DNA of 64,000 nt, taken from NCBI GenBank assembly GCA_964016885.1, contig OZ024744.1:124682001-124746000 (forward strand). The letters are read 5' to 3'. Made by a program: the position numbers and the translations under genes. Positions 47,700 through 64,000 of this stretch are shown here, piece by piece. The stretch's first letter is position 1; the number at the start of each line of letters is the position of its first letter. This stretch comes from Eledone cirrhosa. Taxonomy: Eukaryota. Under the pieces are notes generated by a model that saw nothing but the letters and a program-made list of their open reading frames with translations, made no database searches and was not told the origin of the DNA.

Positions 47700-48060
47700 C
47701 TACGGCTATCCCGTCGAGTACGAGAGTATCGCGGGATCAGAGCAACGGTTTGCTAGGCTGCCTCTGAGCGATAACGGCTGAACGCCTCCTCTAAGCCGGA
47801 ACCCTAGCCGGACCCGAGTTGTTTTTCGACAAGCGTCTCGACCTTCTTAAGGCCCATGCCTTAGTTTGGCGATTGCCGTCCGTTCGCCGACGGCGGCAGC
47901 GTCAGCGGAAATGCCATTCTGTGACGACTACGACGATTCGTCGTCGTCGTCGTCCATTCGATTTCCTGAAAGAGATAGAGACTAAAGTGATCAAATTGTT
48001 CGGAGTTACGTGCTTAGTAGAGCAGCTACCACACTGCAATCTATTGAGAGTTTTCTGACG
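47700..48060 (+). pseudogene. 28S rRNA 3'-terminal remnant
   Basis: AGTACGAGAG, CTGAACGCCTC..TAAG and TAGAGCAGC....CTGCAATCTATTGAGAGT occur in the order of conserved LSU 3'-end motifs. Confidence 0.75.
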
Positions 48061-49484
48061 AACGATACAATCCGCCCACGTGGCGCCAGAAAGGGAGAAG
48101 AAAAGAAAAGTTAGACGCCGCCGATCGATCGGTTCGTTGTTTTACGTGTACACAGCTTGTGTGTGTGTCTGTATGTGATACAAGCCGCCTATCCGTCTTC
48201 CAAGTAAGTTTTGTGTGTAGACTGCGGAAAGAAATCCAATCCGCCGTCTAGGCGGTTCTGCCGCCGACCCATACTTTTGCGAGTCGCTCCCGGGAAAGAC
48301 AGGCGGCAAGACGGCGTGTATACACGACGCCTTCCGTCTTCCGCCTCGAACCCGGGCAAACGTTCCTTTATTCGTCCACGCCTTCCCGCTTCGATCGCGA
48401 GAAAGTAATCAATCTGTTTTGTGTGTGTGTCTGTGTGTGATACAAATTTGTTTTCTTAATTTGATAACCATGAATTGTTTCAACACCGGCCCTTTTAAGG
48501 GCCACTTATATTTTCAATAATCAGTTTAAATGGGTTGCACCGTAGCCACTTGGTAATACACTGCAAATCTCCCGTCAATCTATGAAGGTTTTGTAGTAGA
48601 TTAGATCAAAACACAATCAGCAAGACAGTAATGGAATGAATAATATAAACATTTGTTTATAATTAAAGCCTTAAGATGTCCCTCCCTCCCTCCCTTCCTC
48701 CCTTCCTTCCTTCCTTCCTTCCTTCCTTACGATATACACTTTAATAACATTGAAACTTATTTAATAAGTTTAAATTTTAAACACTTTTTATTCAGACGTA
48801 CCGCGATAAGTAACTAGATATGTTCTAACGAATAATCCGCGATGTGGCGAGGATTACCGCGATAGGAAATTAGATACGTTCCAAAGAAATATCCGCGAAA
48901 AGTGAACCGCGATATAGCGGGTTCACCAGCCAGTGTATTACTGGTACTTTATTTTATCGACCCCCATAAGGATGAAAGGCAAAGTTAACTGTGCAATAAC
49001 AAAGGGAGATAACCTCGTCTTTTTTTTTTTACGGAGTTATTTCCCTTTAAATTTTATCTATTACTTATGATGATACAATTTAATCAGTTCTTAGCTGTCG
49101 AGACACTGCATCCTTTAAAACCTCCATGGAACAAGCTACCTGCAACAGTTGTTAGCTGTCGAGACACTGCATCTTTTAAAACCTCCATGGAACAAACTAC
49201 CTGCATCAGTTGTTAGGGTCTGAGTTCAAATCACGCCGAGGAGGTTAACTTTGCCTTTCATCCTTACGGGGTCGGTCGGAAAACGAACCATTCCCGGTTC
49301 GCTTTCGAAGCGGGTTTCCGAAAACAGCGCTTCTCTCGACCGGGCCCGTCGTCCGCTCGGCGGTGGTTTTCATCGTCCCAGGCACGGCTAACAGGCGGAG
49401 ACGGGACAAACGCGCGTGTTCCTTTTTTTATCAGCCGCAGCGCCGTTCGTATATATGCTTAGGTTGTTTTTTTTTTAAATATCC

Positions 49485-49714
49485 TAAGTTAAGTTGGGGC
49501 TAAGTTAAGTTGGGGCTAAGTTAAGTTGAGGTTAAGTTGAGTTGGGGTTAAGTTAAGTGGGGGTTAAGTTAAGCTGGGGTTAAGTTAAGTTGAGGTTAAG
49601 TTAAGTTGGGGTTAAGTCAAGTTGGGGTTAAGTTAAGTTGGGGTTAAGTTAGGTTGGGGTTAAGTTAGGTTGGGGTTAAGTTAAGTTGGGGTTAAGTTAG
49701 GTTGCGGTTAAGTT
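49485..49714 (-). repeat. 16-bp satellite block, copy 2
   Basis: Same sequence as 10841-11070. Confidence 0.95.
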
Positions 49715-52700
49715 ACATTCGCCGCCGGACTTCAGCTTCCTCATTTAGCATGGGCAGTTTTTCTTGAAAATCACACCACACACAGCAAATGTGTGTCCGC
49801 ACATGTACCAGTAATTACAGATCGATTCCGGTGAAAATTCACTGAAAACGGGCCATCCGGCCCTGTGCGTCGATCGTGGGCCGGCCGGATGTTGACGGAT
49901 CGATGTGTAATTAGAAGTACATGTGCGGACACTCATTGGCTGTGCGTGGTATGCATTTCAGCAAGATATCTCCGTAACATCAAGAGTTATGGCTGTGGAG
50001 GCACACCTAGTCAAACGTAAACAAGGTCTGGAGCGTTTACGCTTCGCGATTTTGTTTACGTTTGACTAGGTGTGCCTCCACAGCCACAACTCTTGATGTT
50101 ACGGAGATATCTTGCTGAAATGCATACCGCGCACAGCCAATGAGTGTCCGCACATGTACTTCTAATTACACATCGATCCGTCAACATCCGGCCGGCCCAC
50201 GATCGACGCACAGGGCCGGATGGCCCGTTTTCAGTGAATTTTCACCGGAATCGATCTGTAATTACTGGTACATGTGCGGAGACACATTTGCTGTGTGTGG
50301 TGTGATTTTCAAGAAAAACTGCCCATGCTAAATGAGGAAGCTGAAGTCCGCCGGCGAATGGTGTGCTTCGAAGAAAACTAATTCGAAAATGACCGTTTGC
50401 AGGCGGAGTAACCTTTTCGATCGTGGGCCAGCCGCCCGTGGTGGGATCCATCTGTAATTACTGGTACATGTGCGGACATACATTTGCTGTGTGTGGTGTG
50501 ATTTTCAAGAAGAACTGCCCATGCTAAATGAGGAAGCTGAAGTCCGCCGGCGAATGGTGTGCTTCGAAGAAAACTAATTCGAAAATGACCGTTTGCAGGC
50601 GGGGTAACCTTTTCGATCGTGGGCCAGCCGCCCGTGGTGGGATCCATCTGTAATTACTGGTACATGTGCGGACACACATTTGCTGTGTGTGGTGTGATTT
50701 TCGAGAAAGACTGCCCATGCTAAATGAGGAAGCTGAAGTCCGCCGGCGAATGGTGTGCTTCGAAGAAAACTAATTCGAAAATGACTATTTGCCGGCGGAA
50801 TCACCTTTTCGGTCCTGGTCCGGCCGGATCTTGCCGGATCGATCGGAAATTTGTGGACCATGTTCGGAAGGCCATTGTGCATGTGTGGTGAAAAAAATTT
50901 GTGTCGAAATCTTCTCGGAAAATAACGGATCGCCGGCGGAGATTGCCATTTCGATCGTGGGCCGGCCGGATCTTGTCGGATCGATTCGGACATATGTGCA
51001 TCGTGTTCGCAAGGCCCTTGTCTATGTGTGGTGTGATTTTCATAAAGAAATTCCGAAAAACCCAGTTTTAAATCTGATTTCGCCAAAGAATTTTGGCTAT
51101 CAGATCGGGTTGAAAGGTATGGTTTCAGGTCGATCTGAAAGTCTAAAATGGAATTCACTCGGTTAGCTAACTATTGATATATCGGAGATATCTTTCTGAA
51201 AATCACACCACACACTCCCAATGAGTGTCTGCACATGTACCAGTAATTACAGATGGATCCCACCACGGGCGGCCGGCCCACGATCGAAAAGGTTACTCCG
51301 AAGCACACCATTCGCCGGCGGAATTCATTTAGCATGGGCAGTTTTTCTCGAAAATCACACCACACACAGCCAATGAGTGTCCGCACATGTACCAGTAATT
51401 ACAGATGGATCCCACCACGGGCGGCTGGCCCACGATCGAAAAGGTTACTCCGCCTGCAAACGGTCATTTTCGAATTCGTTTTCTTCGAAGCACACGATTC
51501 GCCGGCGGACTTCAGCTGCCTCATTTAGCATGGGCAGTTTTTCTCGAAAATCACACCACACACAGCAAATGTGTGTCCGCACATGTACCAGTAATTACAG
51601 ATCGATTCCGGTGAAAATTCACTGAAAACGGGCCATTCGGCCCTGTGCGTCGATCGTGGGCCGGCCGGATGTTGACGGATCGATGTGTAATTAGAAGTAC
51701 ATGTGCGGACACTCATTGGCTGTGCGTGGTATGCATTTCAGCAAGATATCTCCGTAACATCAAGAGTTATGGCTGTGGAGGCACACCTAGTCAAACGTAA
51801 ACAAGCTCTGGAGCGTATACGCTTCGCGATTTTGTTTACGTTTGACTAGGTGTGCCTCCACAGCCACAACTCTTGATGTTACGGAGATATCTTGCTGAAA
51901 TGCATACCACGCACAGCCAATGAGTGTCCGCACATGTACTTCTAATTACACATCGATCCGTCAACATCCGGCCGGCCCACGATCGACGCACAGGGCCGGA
52001 TGGCCCGTTTGCAGTGAATTTTCACCGGAATCGATCTGTAATTACTGGTACATGTGCGGACACACATTTGCTGTGTGTGGTGTGATTTTCACGAAAAACT
52101 GCCCATGCTAAATGAGGAAGCTGAAGTCCGCCGGCGAATGGTGTGCTTCGAAGAAAACTAATTCGAAAATGACCGTTTGCAGGCGGAGTAACCTTTTCGA
52201 TCGTGGGCCAGCCGCCCGTGGTGGGATACATCTGTAATTACTGGTACATGTGCGGACACACATTTGCTGTGTGTGGTGTGATTTTCGAGAAAGACTGCCC
52301 ATGCTAAATGAGGAAGCTGAAGTCCGCCGGCGAATGGTGTGCTTCGAAGAAAACTAATTCGAAAATGACTATTTGCCGGCGGAATCACCTTTTCGGTCCT
52401 GGTCCGGCCGGATCTTGCCGGATCGATCGGAAATTTGTGGACCATGTTCGGAAGGCCATTGTGCATGTGTGGTGAAAAAAATTTGTGTCGAAATCTTCTC
52501 GGAAAATAACGGATCGCCGGCGGAGATTGCCATTTCGATCGTGGGCCGGCCGGATCTTGTCGGATCGATTCGGACATATGTGCATCGTGTTCGCAAGGCC
52601 CTTGTCTATGTGTGGTGTGATTTTCATAAAGAAATTCCGAAAAACCCAGTTTTAAATCTGATTTCGCCAAAGAATTTTGGCTATCAGATCGGGTTGAAAG

Positions 52701-53544
52701 GTATGGTTTCAGGTCGATCTGAAAGTCTAAAATGGAATTCACTCGGTTAGCTAACTTTTGATATATCGGAGATATCTTTCTGAAAATCACACCACACACT
52801 CCTAATGAGTGTCTGCACATGTACCAGTAATTACAGATGGATCCCACCACGGGCGGCCGGCCCACGATCGAAAAGGTTACTCCGAAGCACACCATTCGCC
52901 GGCGGAATTCATTTAGCATGGGCAGTTTTTCTCGAAAATCACACCACACACAGCCAATGAGTGTCCGCACATGTACCAGTAATTACAGATGGATCCCACC
53001 ACGGGCGGCTGGCCCACGATCGAAAAGGTTACTCCGCCTGCAAACGGTCATTTTCGAATTAGTTTTCTTCGAAGCACACCATTCGCCGGCGGACTTCAGC
53101 TTCCTCATTTAGCATGGGCAGTTTTTCTCGAAAATCACACCACACACAGCAAATGTGTGTCCGCACATGTACCAGTAATTACACATCGATTCCGGTGAAA
53201 ATTCACTGAAAACGGGCCATTCTGCCCTGTGCGTCGATCGTGGGCCGGCCGGATGTTGACGGATCGATGTGTAATTAGAAGTACATGTGCGGACACTCAT
53301 TGGCTGTGCGTGGTATGCATTTCACTAAGATATCTCCGTAACATCAAGAGTTATGGCTGTGGAGGCACACCTAGTCAAACGTAAACAAGGTCTGGAGCGT
53401 TTACGCTTCGCGATTTTGTTTACGTTTGACTAGGTGTGCCTCCACAGCGACAACTCTTGATGTTACGGAGATATCTTGCTGAAATTCATACCACGCACAG
53501 CCAATGAGTGTCCGCACATGTACCTGTAATTACACATCGATCCG
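49715..53544. repeat. Fold-back array, copy 2 (palindrome centres ~50038, 51818, 53402)
   Basis: Same 196-bp monomer and 1584-bp unit; centre spacings 1780 (1584+196) and 1584. Confidence 0.95.
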
Positions 53545-53633
53545 ACGACGGACAGAGTATTCGGTTTATTTTCTTGACATATTTCTTTACATATTGTCCA
53601 GGCATGCACTTTTTCCATGATTAGTTCTGTTGA

Positions 53634-53687
53634 CGGCCCGCTTTCCAAAATACCTTATCCTGTGCAACGCCGGGTACCACTGCTAGT
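53634..53687 (+). mobile_element. Helitron-like 3' terminus abutting (TA)n
   Basis: CCTGTGCAACGCCGGG-TACCACTG-CTAG-T; diverged reverse complement of 22261-22315. Confidence 0.65.
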
Positions 53688-53905
53688 ATATATATGTGTA
53701 TGTATATATATATATATATATTGGTAAACGGAATAGAAAATTGTGACAAATTGTTCACAGTGAAAAATAGTTTAATTAGGAATAAGTTATAATTAGTAAT
53801 AGTATTGGTTAGTATTAAGTTTTGGTTTTAAGTTTTACCGGTTGCGCATTTCTAATGCTTTTCAAAAATAATTTTGAGATAGAGCGTCCGTGATGTTTGC
53901 TCTGA

Positions 53906-53947
<42 letters not shown>

Positions 53948-54097
53948 AACAGTAGAAAGGAAAAAGATTTTTTCAGTAGAAATTGCTGAAGAGATTCTTT
54001 CAGTGTAATTTCAAAACATTAATTTATTTATAAAGTGGATATTTCCACATTTAATAATGGCACTGGGTTCAGCATTATATACATTGTCAATTGTGGA

Positions 54098-54360
54098 TTC
54101 TACTTTTGGCACAAGGGCTGCAATTATCCAGTACATTAGTGGTACTTTATTATTTATACAAATAATAATTGTTTCTACTTTTGGCACAAGGGCAGCAATT
54201 ACCCAGTACATTACTGGTACTTTATTATTTATACAAATAATAATTGTTTCTACTTTAGGCACAAGGTCAGCAATTACCCAGTACATTACTGGTACTTTAT
54301 TATTTATACAAATAATAATTGTTTCTACTTTAGGCACAAGGTCAGCAATTACCCCAGTAC
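54098..54360. repeat. 75-bp tandem repeat (~3.5 copies) containing SINE core sequence
   Basis: 25-aa periodicity in the overlapping ORFs; unit contains CCAGTACATTACTGGTACTTTATT. Confidence 0.85.
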
Positions 54361-54490
54361 TTTATTTTATCGACCCCGTAAGGATGAAAGAAAAGTTAAC
54401 CTCAACGGGATTTGAACTCAGTCTGTAAAGGGAGGTAACTGCTGGAAAGCATGGCGTCCGACCCTCTACCGATACTGCCAATCCACCCAT
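54350..54490 (-). mobile_element. SINE 5' half
   Basis: TTTTATCGACCCCGTAAGGATGAAAG..ATTTGAACTCAG..CTGGAAAGCATGG is the reverse complement of 25949-26045. Confidence 0.75.
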
Positions 54491-54803
54491 TACAAAGGGG
54501 AAGAAAAATTAATTTTCACATAAATATTGAGAGAGGAGAATTGAGTTGTCTGTCTTGTCTGTTGTCTCTGTTAATTCTTTGGTTTTGACTGGTGTTGGGG
54601 GAGAGGAGTAGAAGGGCGGGGGTAGAAGGAGGGGTGAATGAGGGGGGGGGGCATAAGGAGGGAGGGATTAGAAGAAGGAGGAGGGTGATGGAGGGGGGGG
54701 GGGGGTAGAATGAGGGGGTAGAAGAAGGAGGAGGCAGGGGATAGGTGTGGTGGCAGACTGTTGTGAAAGTCCCTTTCAAGAATTGCTACAAGGGCTGGGA
54801 TTG

Positions 54804-64000
<9,197 letters not shown>

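Larger units (their letters stand above)
48363..53544 (+). repeat. Segmental duplication block A, copy 2
   Basis: Near-identical to 9719-14876. Confidence 0.96.

Noticed and set aside
42760-48060. Functional rRNA genes
   Set aside because: Only ~185 bp of collinear 18S and a short 28S 3' remnant; no 5.8S or ITS recognisable.

Overview
Repeat-dense, gene-poor eukaryotic DNA. The organism is probably an Octopus-like cephalopod, inferred from the SINE, RTE and MITE families and the microsatellite load. No host protein-coding gene is supported. Layout: (i) 9.5 kb of a 16-bp satellite (CCCCAACTTAACTTAA) with five internal inversions, then a 200-N gap; (ii) a ~38.6-kb macro-unit that starts to repeat at 48363. 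The unit holds a short satellite block, a fold-back array (196-bp monomers in 1584-bp palindromic units), decayed RTE LINEs, MITEs, SINEs, Helitron-like 3' ends and R4/Dong- and CRE-type endonuclease fragments. It also holds a hollowed-out rDNA unit: ETS-like repeats, the 18S 5' end, a 4.7-kb tandem mosaic of 18S and 28S fragments, then the 28S 3' end. The only intact long ORF is the 921-aa endonuclease/reverse transcriptase of a CR1-clade LINE (28320-31085, minus strand). That LINE is absent from the paralogous site, and its ORF1/ORF2 junction carries a G GGA AAC -1 frameshift heptamer. All coordinates and similarities were read by eye; no searches were run.
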